DNA of 64,000 nt from positions 12,830 to 76,829 of IMG/VR virus record IMGVR_UViG_3300046791_000298; one strand, 5' to 3'. The translations under genes were made by a program, and so were the position numbers. Every line of letters begins with the position of its first letter. Position 1 is the first letter of the stretch. This DNA is from a virus. Shown in pieces: positions 54,868 to 64,000 of the stretch. The notes under the pieces are model-generated. The model did no database searches. It saw only the letters and a list, made by a program, of their open reading frames with translations, and was not told the DNA's origin.

Positions 54868-56211
54868 CTAAGCCATTACTGACTTTTTTTTACCCTTCTT
54901 CTTTTCTAACAAAATCTCAATCTGCTTCTCTTCAGACAAATCGATGTCGGCTGCCGCGCCTCCCTTAGGCTTACGGTCTGGCTTTTTATCGCCAATATCC
55001 TCGATCCTCTTAACTGCTGTGACAGTTTGGGCATGCTCATAGAGTTTGTCCCTGATGTCGTCCCCGTATAGGAAGTCAGCTACTCGCTTGACTACATCTT
55101 CTACACCGGAACCTAGTCCAGCCAATAATTTACCTTTTTTGTCATAAGAGCCAGGATTTTTAAGAATGCTTTCGGCTACTGCTCGTATACCTTTTAGCTG
55201 ATCTTCCTTAAACTGGTAAGGAAAATCGTCATCCTCGTCCTCTGTAGGCGAAAAGATAAGTTGATCGTTCTCTTTGAGGTGTTTATCCAGGTCAGAATTG
55301 CTCTGCTCGATGCCCTTCTGGATTACCGGATCAACCTCTGGAGCCTTTTTCTCATCTTTCTTATCGTCTTTGCTCGGTTGAGCTTTGAATTCTTCTTGTG
55401 CTTTTTTCAAACCCTTAACAGCCTTCGCTACTGCTGTTTTCTGCTCAATTCTTAAATCCTCCTCCGCCTCTTTCAAATCGTCATCCTTCTCAAAATCGTC
55501 CTTATTGAGCGTATATTTTTTAGCATAGGTTTTCTCGAATTTACGCCTGGCTTCATCCCGGGTAAGTTCTGGATGATCCAAAATATATTCAGATTCAAGT
55601 ACCAGTTTAGGGCTCAGGTTCTTATCCTCTAAATCCATGGCCATCAACTGGGCATAGGACATTAATCCTTCTGGAAATTTATCGGGGTCATACCCTGTTT
55701 TTTCAAGGAATTGAGCCACTCTCTTCTGATTTTCCGATTTATATGCCGGTTCTTTTTTCTCAGCGGCTTCAAGTTTTGCTTTAAGATCATCCCGCTCCTC
55801 AATAACCTTCACGGCTGTTTCCATGAATTCAGAGAGGTCTTTCATGCTCTTAATCTCGTAGTTTTTGCCAAATTCCTCCTCGATAAATTTATCGGGAGAC
55901 ATGGATTCTGTATCAGATTCCTTGTTGTCTTCTAGGAATTTTTTGTCCTCATCGGTCAAGTCCTTCTCATCTTTGTCCTCAAGTTCTTTGACTTTTGCGG
56001 TGATTTCTTTCTCGGTGAGTTCAGGTTTTTTACCCTCGGGCTTCTGCTCCGGCTTTTTGTCTTCCGGTTTGTCTTCCGGCTTTTTATCCTCAACTGGTGC
56101 GGCTTTCTTTTCTATTGATTCTCCTGGAGTTTTAGACGCCTTAGCTTTTACCAGTGCTGCAATCTGTTCTTCTTCAGATTGGTCGATAATTTGTTTTACT
56201 TCTTCTGCCAT
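54868..56211 (-). CDS. putative capsid scaffolding protein
   Basis: Highly charged (D/E/K) helical protein between portal and capsid. Confidence 0.65.
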   Translation of the reverse strand: MAEEVKQIIDQSEEEQIAALVKAKASKTPGESIEKKAAPVEDKKPEDKPEDKKPEQKPEGKKPELTEKEITAKVKELEDKDEKDLTDEDKKFLEDNKESDTESMSPDKFIEEEFGKNYEIKSMKDLSEFMETAVKVIEERDDLKAKLEAAEKKEPAYKSENQKRVAQFLEKTGYDPDKFPEGLMSYAQLMAMDLEDKNLSPKLVLESEYILDHPELTRDEARRKFEKTYAKKYTLNKDDFEKDDDLKEAEEDLRIEQKTAVAKAVKGLKKAQEEFKAQPSKDDKKDEKKAPEVDPVIQKGIEQSNSDLDKHLKENDQLIFSPTEDEDDDFPYQFKEDQLKGIRAVAESILKNPGSYDKKGKLLAGLGSGVEDVVKRVADFLYGDDIRDKLYEHAQTVTAVKRIEDIGDKKPDRKPKGGAAADIDLSEEKQIEILLEKKKGKKKSVMA

Positions 56212-56259
56212 AATAGGACGAAGTAAAATAATTTATTATTGAAAAACAAAGTGGGTTTA

Positions 56260-56293
56260 AAAACAAAAACCCCATCGGGGTATTCCGATGGGG
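56260..56293 (-). terminator. intrinsic terminator
   Basis: CCCCATCGG/CCGATGGGG stem followed by TTTTTGTTTT on the minus strand. Confidence 0.75.
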
Positions 56294-56375
56294 GTGTCGC
56301 GAAGCTATCGTGTATATGGAAATTTATCGATGGAAATTCATGAGTCGAAGGTAAAAAATATTATTGAAAATACAA

Positions 56376-56395
56376 GAAGGGGCTTTCGCCCCCTC
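56376..56395 (-). terminator. hairpin terminator after ORF 56402-56662
   Basis: GAGGGGGC-GAAA-GCCCCTTC stem-loop. Confidence 0.6.
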
Positions 56396-56401
56396 GGTTT
56401 T

Positions 56402-56662
56402 TTATACCAGTGTCGTGTATAATTGTTCAATATTACACACCAAATAACCCTGTTTAGGCACACCATCTACTTTCGTACCGTGGCCGTTTGCGGTTATCCT
56501 AACCAGTGACTCGGATCCGAAATTCTGCAATACTAAACCCTTCATGCTGGGCAGTGCATTGTCATACTCTTCTTTTGAATAGTCACTTAATTTTTCGCTG
56601 TAAGCGTCTAACGCCTCAGCTACTTTTTCTGGTTTCCCAGTGAATCCAATGGACCAACTCAT
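56402..56662 (-). CDS. hypothetical protein (moron between portal and scaffold)
   Basis: 86 aa MSWSIGFTG..., with its own terminator. Confidence 0.65.
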   Translation of the reverse strand: MSWSIGFTGKPEKVAEALDAYSEKLSDYSKEEYDNALPSMKGLVLQNFGSESLVRITANGHGTKVDGVPKQGYLVCNIEQLYTTLV

Positions 56663-56726
56663 AATTGTAGTGTTCAGTTTCGCTGTTCCCCTCTTTAGTT
56701 AAACTATAATATGTTAAGCGTGACAT

Positions 56727-59072
56727 TTATTTAGCCTTCGCGGTTGCTGGCTTCTTCTTGGCTGAGATTAGTGCAGCTTCTGATTTCATTTTATCCGGAA
56801 TATTCCTAAGAGCCTGCTTCATGATATCATCCATACCTTTCTGTTTCTGTACAGTCTCCTTCATTTCCTTATCAAGCGACTTTAAAATACCGTCCTGCTC
56901 TGATTTTTCTTTTTGCAAATTAGATTGGATTTGACCCTCCAGTACTGCCAATTCCTTCTTTTTCTGTGATTCAAACTCAATAGCCTGCTGAGCCGCCTGA
57001 GCTGTCTGGGCCGCGGATTGCTGATTGGCCATCATGTTTGCTTGGATATCCATCTGCTTCTCCTTCAGCGCCTCACGTTTGAACGCGGCCTCCCTGGCAA
57101 TCATAACCTGGCGGGCCTGCTTCAGGTTGTCAATTTCTCGCAAGTACATGGAGTCAGAAAGCCCAATTTTACCTGCAATTAAAGCCTCACGAACATCCTG
57201 ATAGAAGTCTGCCCATTCCTGCGGTCCGGGTTGACGGCTCATTGTGAATCCATATTCGGTATAGGCTAGTTCCTTCGGAGCCTCGACTGTTCTTCCGAGT
57301 GCTGGTACAAATCCTCTGATGTTTCCACCTCTTCTTTTTGTCTCCTGGGATAGTAATAATAATTGGTGAGAAGCGCGCTCGTACAGATATTCATGAGCAT
57401 TATACAAGTATTCCATATCCAGGTCGCCAGTTTGCTGGCTGGCCTTCATCACTGATACAGCTAAACGATTTTGAACATCGGCAGATTCTACAAGAGTAGT
57501 GCCGGTCATGGCTTCAAGCATCTGCAGGCTGACCTGAATTGTATTGAAATAATCGGCCATCTCAATTCCTGATTGGTGGAATTTGACAGCGTCACCAATT
57601 TTTTGCTCATATTGATTTACAGCGCCCCTGGAGGCCACAGTTTGGGTCATTTCCATAAATTCAAAAGCCTCTCTTGCACTCCAAACATTACCGCCTTTAC
57701 CAAGTGCTACTTTCTCAAATGCACTGAAATCTATTTCCCTAACACCAGTCCACCCGCGTGCAAGATCCCCCTTTACCTTATTCCACATAGCATTGATCAT
57801 AAACAGAGGTTCCAGCATTTGTGATGCGAAACTCACTGGGCGGCCATTCTTGAAGTTGGTTGCAAAAGTTTTTATCGGTAGGCTATTGTCAACAAGATTT
57901 GTGCGCGGATATGGTTTTCTTCCGAAATTATAAACAACATCACTATCAATAATCCAGGTTCCTCCGTAAACGCTCGTGTAAGAAGGATCAAGTAGTTTCG
58001 AATCTCCTCCTTTGCTGAATCTCTCAAGATTTTCCTGTGGATAATAGTTGTATGGTTTATCGATCAGTATTTTACTTCCAAATTGATTTTTCCTGGTTAC
58101 ATACTTGCGCTGATCTTCTGAGAGGAAGTAATAACGCATTACAGGAATGTAATCCATATTGTCGAAGGCTCCCACTGGATGGCGGAATGAATTAACTGAA
58201 TAGGACCCGTTGCGAATCCGGTAACGTGAAGCAAGTTCCTCCAATTCATTTTGCTTGTAGAACTGACCGGCTTCTTTGATCAGTTGATTTACTGTGATGC
58301 ATTCAATGAATAATGAATACTCCTGATCCTCAAAATCATCGTTATCGACAAAACTACCGCCCCAATATTTCGGGTTAATCCGGTCAATACGTGGTAGCCA
58401 GTTTGCATCGTGGTATGTATGAAGGTGTCCAAATCCAGTTACTACCATATCCCAGTCCACCTGACGCATCTTCTGTTTGAAGCGATTCATCGATTGAACT
58501 AGTCTCAGGGTAAGTTCCCCTTCAATTTCCTTCTGTAGTTTCGGATTGGCGTTTATTTCCTGAATGAGTTCGTCTGGATATTCTGGCAGGCCTGATACAT
58601 CAATTCCTTCAAAAGCAGCCTGCAGAGGAATTCCCATAGTATTAACCCAGTTTTTTAGCCGGTAAACAGCTTGGATAACTCCTTTCCAATCTTCTTTCTC
58701 ATCGATCGAACCAAGGTCAATCGCCTCCAGTGAGATATCATAACCGATGCGTTGCATCTTAGCAACGGCTCTGTTGATGTATTTAGGGGCAAGGTTTAAT
58801 ATTTTTGGATCAATGAAAGCGAGCGACTCGGGTCCGTCTCCACCTCTCCCGCCTTGGCGATGGAAGCCAAATAATTTTCGTAACGGTTCTACAGATTGAT
58901 TCCCCTGGGCGAGTTCAATGAGTGAGTCAAAATAATCGTCTTCGTAAAAGACCTTGGAACCGTAGCGGTTATCAGCGTAATACATCGCTTTTGCCGCTTG
59001 TAATTGATATTCTGCCGTTTCCTTGTCCTTGGGGTTGCAGAACTCCGGAGGGAAATTGTAGCCGTCAGCCAT
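56727..59072 (-). CDS. portal protein
   Basis: 781 aa right after TerL; NLAPKYIN; Q/A-rich coiled-coil C-terminus. Confidence 0.8.
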   Translation of the reverse strand: MADGYNFPPEFCNPKDKETAEYQLQAAKAMYYADNRYGSKVFYEDDYFDSLIELAQGNQSVEPLRKLFGFHRQGGRGGDGPESLAFIDPKILNLAPKYINRAVAKMQRIGYDISLEAIDLGSIDEKEDWKGVIQAVYRLKNWVNTMGIPLQAAFEGIDVSGLPEYPDELIQEINANPKLQKEIEGELTLRLVQSMNRFKQKMRQVDWDMVVTGFGHLHTYHDANWLPRIDRINPKYWGGSFVDNDDFEDQEYSLFIECITVNQLIKEAGQFYKQNELEELASRYRIRNGSYSVNSFRHPVGAFDNMDYIPVMRYYFLSEDQRKYVTRKNQFGSKILIDKPYNYYPQENLERFSKGGDSKLLDPSYTSVYGGTWIIDSDVVYNFGRKPYPRTNLVDNSLPIKTFATNFKNGRPVSFASQMLEPLFMINAMWNKVKGDLARGWTGVREIDFSAFEKVALGKGGNVWSAREAFEFMEMTQTVASRGAVNQYEQKIGDAVKFHQSGIEMADYFNTIQVSLQMLEAMTGTTLVESADVQNRLAVSVMKASQQTGDLDMEYLYNAHEYLYERASHQLLLLSQETKRRGGNIRGFVPALGRTVEAPKELAYTEYGFTMSRQPGPQEWADFYQDVREALIAGKIGLSDSMYLREIDNLKQARQVMIAREAAFKREALKEKQMDIQANMMANQQSAAQTAQAAQQAIEFESQKKKELAVLEGQIQSNLQKEKSEQDGILKSLDKEMKETVQKQKGMDDIMKQALRNIPDKMKSEAALISAKKKPATAKAK

Positions 59073-59077
59073 GTATT

Positions 59078-61297
59078 TTAATTCAGGATATTACCGATTG
59101 CGTCAAATCTCGGTAAAATGTTGTCCAAATTCAAAACGGGTTTGGCCTTCTGTTTCGGAGGTATCTTGATGGCCATCTCCGTATTGTATCCGGCTACAGT
59201 GTAATCGTGCTCAGTTGTCTTCTTTGCATCAAAGACCAATGCATCTTCTAATTGTTCTCTGAATGGAATCATGTGGCCAAAGTATTCTATGTAACTGGCG
59301 TATTCACCAACGGCTTCTTGAATATATCCTGGCGATGCAGATGTACCATCCTCTGCTAACCCCGCTACTTTAGTTGTCGGCTTCTCAAACTCAGGAATAT
59401 ATTTTGATAAAATGAAATCCGAACACTTCATCTTATAAAAGAAGCTCATTAACCCTCCACCAAATTGCTTCTCTACGTTTACCGAACAACCAAATAGCCA
59501 ACATATTAATAAGCATCTTTCGTAAAGAACATTAGGATCACTCGGGCGTTGATGCATCATCCCGATATACCTGTTTGTTTTATACTGGAATTTTTTCCCG
59601 GCCGGATCGAGTACCCATTTATCATCAACCATAAACCCAGGCTGAGCACGCAGTTCTAATTCATCGCGTGTTAAATCTCCATCAATAGATACTTTATATC
59701 TTGATTTTAAAAGTTGTACAGGTCGTGATTCAATACTCGATCCTGATGAGCCGTGTTGAATAGGGTCAATGCCTGATGAGAAGTTTAAGTCATTCTTTGG
59801 AAAATAATGTTTTTCATTACCAACTTCTCTGGACCCCACTAAATTCATTTCTTCTGGCTTTGATGGGAGCCAGGCAGAATCAAACCACCCCCCTGTCGGA
59901 TTCGATCGCCATACGACTTTTGTAAATGGTATATTATTTTCCCATTGTAAATCTACTTGTCTTGTTAAAGAATCACCGGTCCATGTATCCAGTTCCATTA
60001 TCCTATCCTGTAAAACAGTGGCATTGAATTCGCATCTATCCGGGCTCACATAGAAAATCTCCATGATGGAGAGTGGATATTTACGAATCCATCCAGCGAG
60101 TTTGCGAGAATTTTTTTGATATGATTTCCGTGTGCGCATCAAGGCCGCTCTGGCCTCTTCGCGTTTTGGTCTTCCGTAATCGTCCAGATATCCCTTGTAA
60201 GCACAGTCTCCAGGAAGGAAGGCTGAGTATAGGCCCGATATGGTCCTACCATCCTCCTGCTTCTGGTTAATGTCAGAGTCGTAAAATAATTTTTTATATG
60301 CCCTGCCACCCTTGTTGGACACGGACATATTTTCAACAGTTGTTCCAAGGAGCGCCTTCCCAATAATTTTCTCACCATCCAGAAAGCAAGGCTTTGCAAT
60401 GTCCCACGCACCTTCACCCTCGTCATTATACAATGACATTTTCTTCTGCTTGCCAGGTTCTTCAATTAAGAAACTCCCCAGGATATCGCCATCATATTCC
60501 TCTTCATTCGAAGGCCGGTAGTCGATCATTGACTCCAGCACTTGAATTTCTTCCATCTCAACTGACGATCTCAGTTTGTTCCGCTGTGGTGGCAAGTCAA
60601 ATTCAATCGCGTTGGTCTGCTTGGTGTCTTTGTTGTAAGTCGGCTGGAAATAATAAGGCAGTTTGTAAAATGGCTTTAACACCATCTTCTTGTAAAACTT
60701 TTTAATCTTATCGTCTTTCTCGCCCTGCATACCAGCGTTGTGCGAGTAGTTCATCGTGGCTCTGTAGGTAATCCATGCTCCCATGATGGACGACTTTCCG
60801 TAACGTCTGATTGTGTTAAGCGCTCCTCCGAATGAATCTGGATCCTCTTCGAAGTATTGAATCCAATAAAAAATTTCTTTATCAGAATCTCTGAATGATG
60901 GATATCCAAAGTAAGCCTTCCAGCTGGTGAGATACCAATAATGAAATGGCGTAATGTAAACTAACTCAGGTTCTTTCTTCTTATCGTCCCATCCGTTCCA
61001 AAACCAAACACCGGTGCCGCCAGGACGGGCCCTCTCAACTTCCTGATTCTCCCACTCAACAATTTTATCATATTGTGGATGAACATAATCGGGAAAATGT
61101 TCTTGCTGAACGCGCCACTCCTTAACCCATCTCTTTAAATCGTCAGACATTTCCGGTCTAATCCATCGTTTCTCTTTGCTGAATAGAACTTGATTTTTAG
61201 CAGGAGGTTCCGGTAAATAAACCTTCTCGATACCGGTGCTGGTTATACCGGTCTTTAGATATTTGAATACGTACTCGTTTTTGGTAGGCTCAAACAT
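59078..61297 (-). CDS. terL: terminase large subunit
   Basis: Walker A IRRYGKS, Walker B LIEEPGK, coupling motif GTT, nuclease GIDP...HD. Confidence 0.88.
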   Translation of the reverse strand: MFEPTKNEYVFKYLKTGITSTGIEKVYLPEPPAKNQVLFSKEKRWIRPEMSDDLKRWVKEWRVQQEHFPDYVHPQYDKIVEWENQEVERARPGGTGVWFWNGWDDKKKEPELVYITPFHYWYLTSWKAYFGYPSFRDSDKEIFYWIQYFEEDPDSFGGALNTIRRYGKSSIMGAWITYRATMNYSHNAGMQGEKDDKIKKFYKKMVLKPFYKLPYYFQPTYNKDTKQTNAIEFDLPPQRNKLRSSVEMEEIQVLESMIDYRPSNEEEYDGDILGSFLIEEPGKQKKMSLYNDEGEGAWDIAKPCFLDGEKIIGKALLGTTVENMSVSNKGGRAYKKLFYDSDINQKQEDGRTISGLYSAFLPGDCAYKGYLDDYGRPKREEARAALMRTRKSYQKNSRKLAGWIRKYPLSIMEIFYVSPDRCEFNATVLQDRIMELDTWTGDSLTRQVDLQWENNIPFTKVVWRSNPTGGWFDSAWLPSKPEEMNLVGSREVGNEKHYFPKNDLNFSSGIDPIQHGSSGSSIESRPVQLLKSRYKVSIDGDLTRDELELRAQPGFMVDDKWVLDPAGKKFQYKTNRYIGMMHQRPSDPNVLYERCLLICWLFGCSVNVEKQFGGGLMSFFYKMKCSDFILSKYIPEFEKPTTKVAGLAEDGTSASPGYIQEAVGEYASYIEYFGHMIPFREQLEDALVFDAKKTTEHDYTVAGYNTEMAIKIPPKQKAKPVLNLDNILPRFDAIGNILN

Positions 61298-61814
61298 TTT
61301 TCTTCTTCAATCGATCCTCAAGCCGGACAACTCTGACCATCTTCTGAGCTTTCTCCACTAATTCCTTCCCTCCGACTTTCTCATAAAGTTCGGAATAATC
61401 TTTCTTAACTAAATCCCGAATTGTGTCGCTCTCCTTACTTAATTTTATCGATTTATCAATATCGGTGCATGTCATGATCTCGCGCTGGATATTACTGTAG
61501 AGTTGCTGACGGGTGATGAGGGAGTAGTAGGTGTTGTTATTCTGGCAAACCTCGATGTAGTAGAATATTAGCTCCAGGACCTCTTTGTGTTTGATCGCCA
61601 TAATGGCCTTTACGTCCTCATCTTCCGGATTTAATTTGGCCACCTGGCAGGCTTCCAGTTTACGCTCATCCAGGTTATCGATCTGGTTTAATGGGCTTTT
61701 CTCTGAATATAAAGCCTCTATGTAAGAGAAAATTTTTGCCTTATCTTTATGGGCGAAGTTCTTACAGATATCCGATTCACGAAAACTTTTAACCATGGCA
61801 ACGATATTAATCAA
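61290..61814 (-). CDS. putative terminase small subunit
   Basis: 174 aa helical protein overlapping the TerL start; position-based call. Confidence 0.4.
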   Translation of the reverse strand: MINIVAMVKSFRESDICKNFAHKDKAKIFSYIEALYSEKSPLNQIDNLDERKLEACQVAKLNPEDEDVKAIMAIKHKEVLELIFYYIEVCQNNNTYYSLITRQQLYSNIQREIMTCTDIDKSIKLSKESDTIRDLVKKDYSELYEKVGGKELVEKAQKMVRVVRLEDRLKKKNV

Positions 61815-61976
61815 AAGACCTCAGCCCAAAAATACCAAATTAAAGGATAAGCGTCCGACATCTGGCACGGGAGAGGTGAAAAAGTCAGAATCAGTTGGAT
61901 CAGTTCTAAAAAAAGCTATCCCAAATAGTTTGACAAAAATAGCATCAAAGTGGGGTAACTCTAAGAAGGCAGGGTA

Positions 61977-62237
61977 TTAAACTACAGTAATCCCGAACTT
62001 CTTCTTTACCATTTGACGTAGTTGTTTTGGATGTTTTCTTGGCTTGTGTTCAGTGATGTATTTCTGAATTGCAATATCCAATTCAGGAGAAATTTTTACG
62101 TGACGCTCTTCAATTATCCGTAGCCTTTCTTCTTTGGATGCTTTTTTAAGCGTTGGAAATTCTGTTATTGAGAATGTCGCTAACATCGCCTCTTGATGTT
62201 CTTTTGTAAATAGTTTTTCAAAGTTCTCGTTTGTCAT
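61977..62237 (-). CDS. hypothetical protein
   Basis: 86 aa, ATGA-coupled. Confidence 0.6.
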   Translation of the reverse strand: MTNENFEKLFTKEHQEAMLATFSITEFPTLKKASKEERLRIIEERHVKISPELDIAIQKYITEHKPRKHPKQLRQMVKKKFGITVV

Positions 62238-62590
62238 AGTCTAATATTTAATTCAGTACCAGTTAATGCAAAAAATAAATTTTGGAGTTGGTGCACATAC
62301 TTTACCTCTACTAACGAGACCCCAGGGACGCGATAAACAAAACCACCCTCCGGATGGCATACAATGTGATGCCTGTTCTCATGCTTAAAATGATATTCAT
62401 CGTATTTAAATCCACATTTACCAAGCCATTCAGGGATGAGTAATATAGACTCATAATCAACCGCGTGTCCTGTAACGATATCACTGATAACACGTGGCGT
62501 CACAAATAAGTAAGTCCCCGCGCGTTTACGAGTAGCATCTCCTCTTACGTTGATTAGATTACCGAGACGTATTTCTCTCATTTCAATCAT
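62234..62590 (-). CDS. conserved Bacteroidota phage protein
   Basis: EIRLGN...EWL.KCGF...YVHQLQNLFFALTG.EL. Confidence 0.65.
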   Translation of the reverse strand: MIEMREIRLGNLINVRGDATRKRAGTYLFVTPRVISDIVTGHAVDYESILLIPEWLGKCGFKYDEYHFKHENRHHIVCHPEGGFVYRVPGVSLVEVKYVHQLQNLFFALTGTELNIRL

Positions 62591-62829
62591 ATCTTCGTTG
62601 CTTTGTGTTTATCCCTGAGTTCATCGTGAACGAACTTACCAATTGATGGCGCATTCAGAGCAGCATTCCACTTCTCTTCTGGGACCCCTGCGTACTTATA
62701 CATGCTGGTCTTCTTAAAATCAACGTACATCACCTCCTGCTCTTTATCGTAACCAATCTTATTTACGTTGCCACTGGTAGGGGTGTCGCTCCAGGTAATT
62801 TCCCCCTCATTCAAATGCTGTTCTGCCAT
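62587..62829 (-). CDS. KTSC domain protein
   Basis: SGNVNKIGYD....MYVDF....YKYAGVP......NAPSIGKF. Confidence 0.85.
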   Translation of the reverse strand: MAEQHLNEGEITWSDTPTSGNVNKIGYDKEQEVMYVDFKKTSMYKYAGVPEEKWNAALNAPSIGKFVHDELRDKHKATKI

Positions 62830-62845
62830 ATCAATTTTTTTTACT

Positions 62846-62936
62846 TAAATTTGTTACATCACAAAACCTTTCAGGCGAAAGACACGTGATACTTCTTCTT
62901 CTTAGCCCTCGGTTTACCCCCGAGGGCTTTTTTGTT
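62846..62936 (+). ncRNA. candidate small structured RNA antisense to the late operon
   Basis: TAAATTTG -7 box, nested stems, and a plus-oriented terminator AGCCCTCGG/CCGAGGGCT-TTTTT. Confidence 0.4.
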
Positions 62937-62938
62937 TT

Positions 62939-63331
62939 TTACTTCTTCAAATCTCCCATCACTCCACGCGCGATACGATCTTCAACGCGCTCTTTTTGAG
63001 CATCCAAAAACATTTGTAGCCCAAAAAGTGCTTTCGTATTGAAGGACGATGGGAATCTTGCATTCAGTTTCTCCTGACGATCGATAAGGGCCAAAACAAT
63101 CTGTTCTGATTGTAGGCCAGGTATCATTGAACCGTCTTCATTCTTTTGAACGAATTGGATTGTTTGGAAAGTTGGGTTTTTATCATACTGTGTTTTGCCG
63201 TCACTAAATCCGAGGCAATTACGGAATACATACTTGTGTGCGCCACCGTAATCCTGATCGTTGTGAACATAAATTGTCTCCTCTTCTGAGGGGAACACTT
63301 TCGAGTTGAGTTTAATAATGTCTCCTTCCAT
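62939..63331 (-). CDS. tad1: Tad1-like anti-Thoeris signal-sponge protein
   Basis: GGAH.Y...TIQF.K...G...E....LIDR.......PS..N..AL......ERVEDRIARGV.G parallels Tad1 (GGA.HEY...IKFQKG...RDRL...SREN..AL...RRVEDRIER.V.G). Confidence 0.7.
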   Translation of the reverse strand: MEGDIIKLNSKVFPSEEETIYVHNDQDYGGAHKYVFRNCLGFSDGKTQYDKNPTFQTIQFVQKNEDGSMIPGLQSEQIVLALIDRQEKLNARFPSSFNTKALFGLQMFLDAQKERVEDRIARGVMGDLKK

Positions 63332-63332
63332 A

Positions 63333-63539
63333 TTATTTCATTTTAGTTGTTGGTCCTTTTTTATTGATAAAATCTTCCATCATTGCTTTCTCATTCATGC
63401 CCGCATAAATAGAAACATTCACATCGTTGTATTCACATTCTTTCAGGTTAAGGCTTATTACACCACCTTTCATGATTGCCCATATTTCCTCAGCGGTCAA
63501 CCCCAAAATAATATCATCGCCTCGCCTGATCTTTACCAT
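63333..63539 (-). CDS. hypothetical protein
   Basis: 68 aa ORF. Confidence 0.55.
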   Translation of the reverse strand: MVKIRRGDDIILGLTAEEIWAIMKGGVISLNLKECEYNDVNVSIYAGMNEKAMMEDFINKKGPTTKMK

Positions 63540-64000
63540 ACTCGACAGAGAATATCGTCTTCGCGCATGACATAGTATGGAGTCCCTTCCACAAGCACCA
63601 CATAGTCAGCATTTCTAACGTACACTATGTGATCACCGGATTTCAGATCAATCCCTGGCCGAATGTGCCGTACAAATCCGAGCAAGGATTTTGCTTCCGG
63701 CTTTGGCTTCTTCATTAATCCGGACGGAGTTTTAATTTCTTCCCATGTTTCTACATCAGGGGCCACTAATACCCAACCTCCCTGCATGTGGATAATATCC
63801 CGGAATCGATGGTCAACTTTACTACGCTCTCTTCGAATGGAACAATAAATCTGATCCACATTGACTTTATACATTTTGGCGCCATTGTGCATGCCAAGAA
63901 GATTCTCTTTGTCTGATATCTGGTAATCAAAATACACTTTATCTCCGACCTCAACTTTCATTTTGGCTCCAAGGTCCGCCATAGTGATTATCTCAAAGTC
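63533..64000 (-). CDS. GroES-like co-chaperonin with two tandem Cpn10 domains, 5'-truncated
   Basis: VEVGDKVYF...DQIYC, then WVLV.P...KTPSGL...LKSGD.IVY...EG..YYVMREDDIL; frame stays open to the window edge. Confidence 0.75.
   Translation of the reverse strand, partial: DFEIITMADLGAKMKVEVGDKVYFDYQISDKENLLGMHNGAKMYKVNVDQIYCSIRRERSKVDHRFRDIIHMQGGWVLVAPDVETWEEIKTPSGLMKKPKPEAKSLLGFVRHIRPGIDLKSGDHIVYVRNADYVVLVEGTPYYVMREDDILCRVW

Noticed and set aside
61795-61980. Plus-strand 61-aa basic ORF upstream of the putative terS
   Set aside because: Opposite to all neighbours, overlaps both, and has no recognisable motif; cannot be supported, though not excluded.
1-64000. Stop-codon reassignment as in some crAss-like phages
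   Set aside because: Long genes are intact and tightly packed under the standard code.

Overview
64 kb of a tailed dsDNA phage genome, almost certainly infecting Bacteroidota. Evidence for the host: no Shine-Dalgarno signals, A-rich start contexts, TAnnTT(T/C)G-type -7 promoter boxes, and a crAss-like/flavobacterial podovirus-type structural module. Layout: 1-5.1 kb, replication and modification (C5 methyltransferase with a nested second-frame gene, primase-helicase, N4/N6 methyltransferase, parS-like site). 5.1-7.3 kb, short minus-strand block with a LAGLIDADG ORF and a repeat-rich C/G-skew switch (origin or terminus candidate). 7.4-18.4 kb, plus-strand early/middle small genes ending with GroEL. 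18.4-64 kb, mostly minus-strand late module: GroES-like, Tad1-like, KTSC, TerL, portal, scaffold, capsid, fibres, ring/muzzle proteins, ejection/polyvalent proteins and a lysis cassette. This module is interrupted at 24.3-29.3 kb by a plus-strand glycosylation operon next to a collagen-like gene. Most notable candidates: (1) a cleavage-only N-terminal Hint domain whose removal would give a fibre the same N-terminus as its Hint-less paralogue; (2) a phage glycosylation locus paired with a Thr/Ser-rich collagen; (3) twin RNA hairpins whose loops are complementary to a motif at the starts of early genes; (4) an M.EcoHK31I-style nested methyltransferase; (5) a Tad1-like sponge; (6) a GGCT + zeta-kinase polyvalent protein; (7) a host-type parS site. 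All family calls come from motif recognition by eye; no database searches were run.
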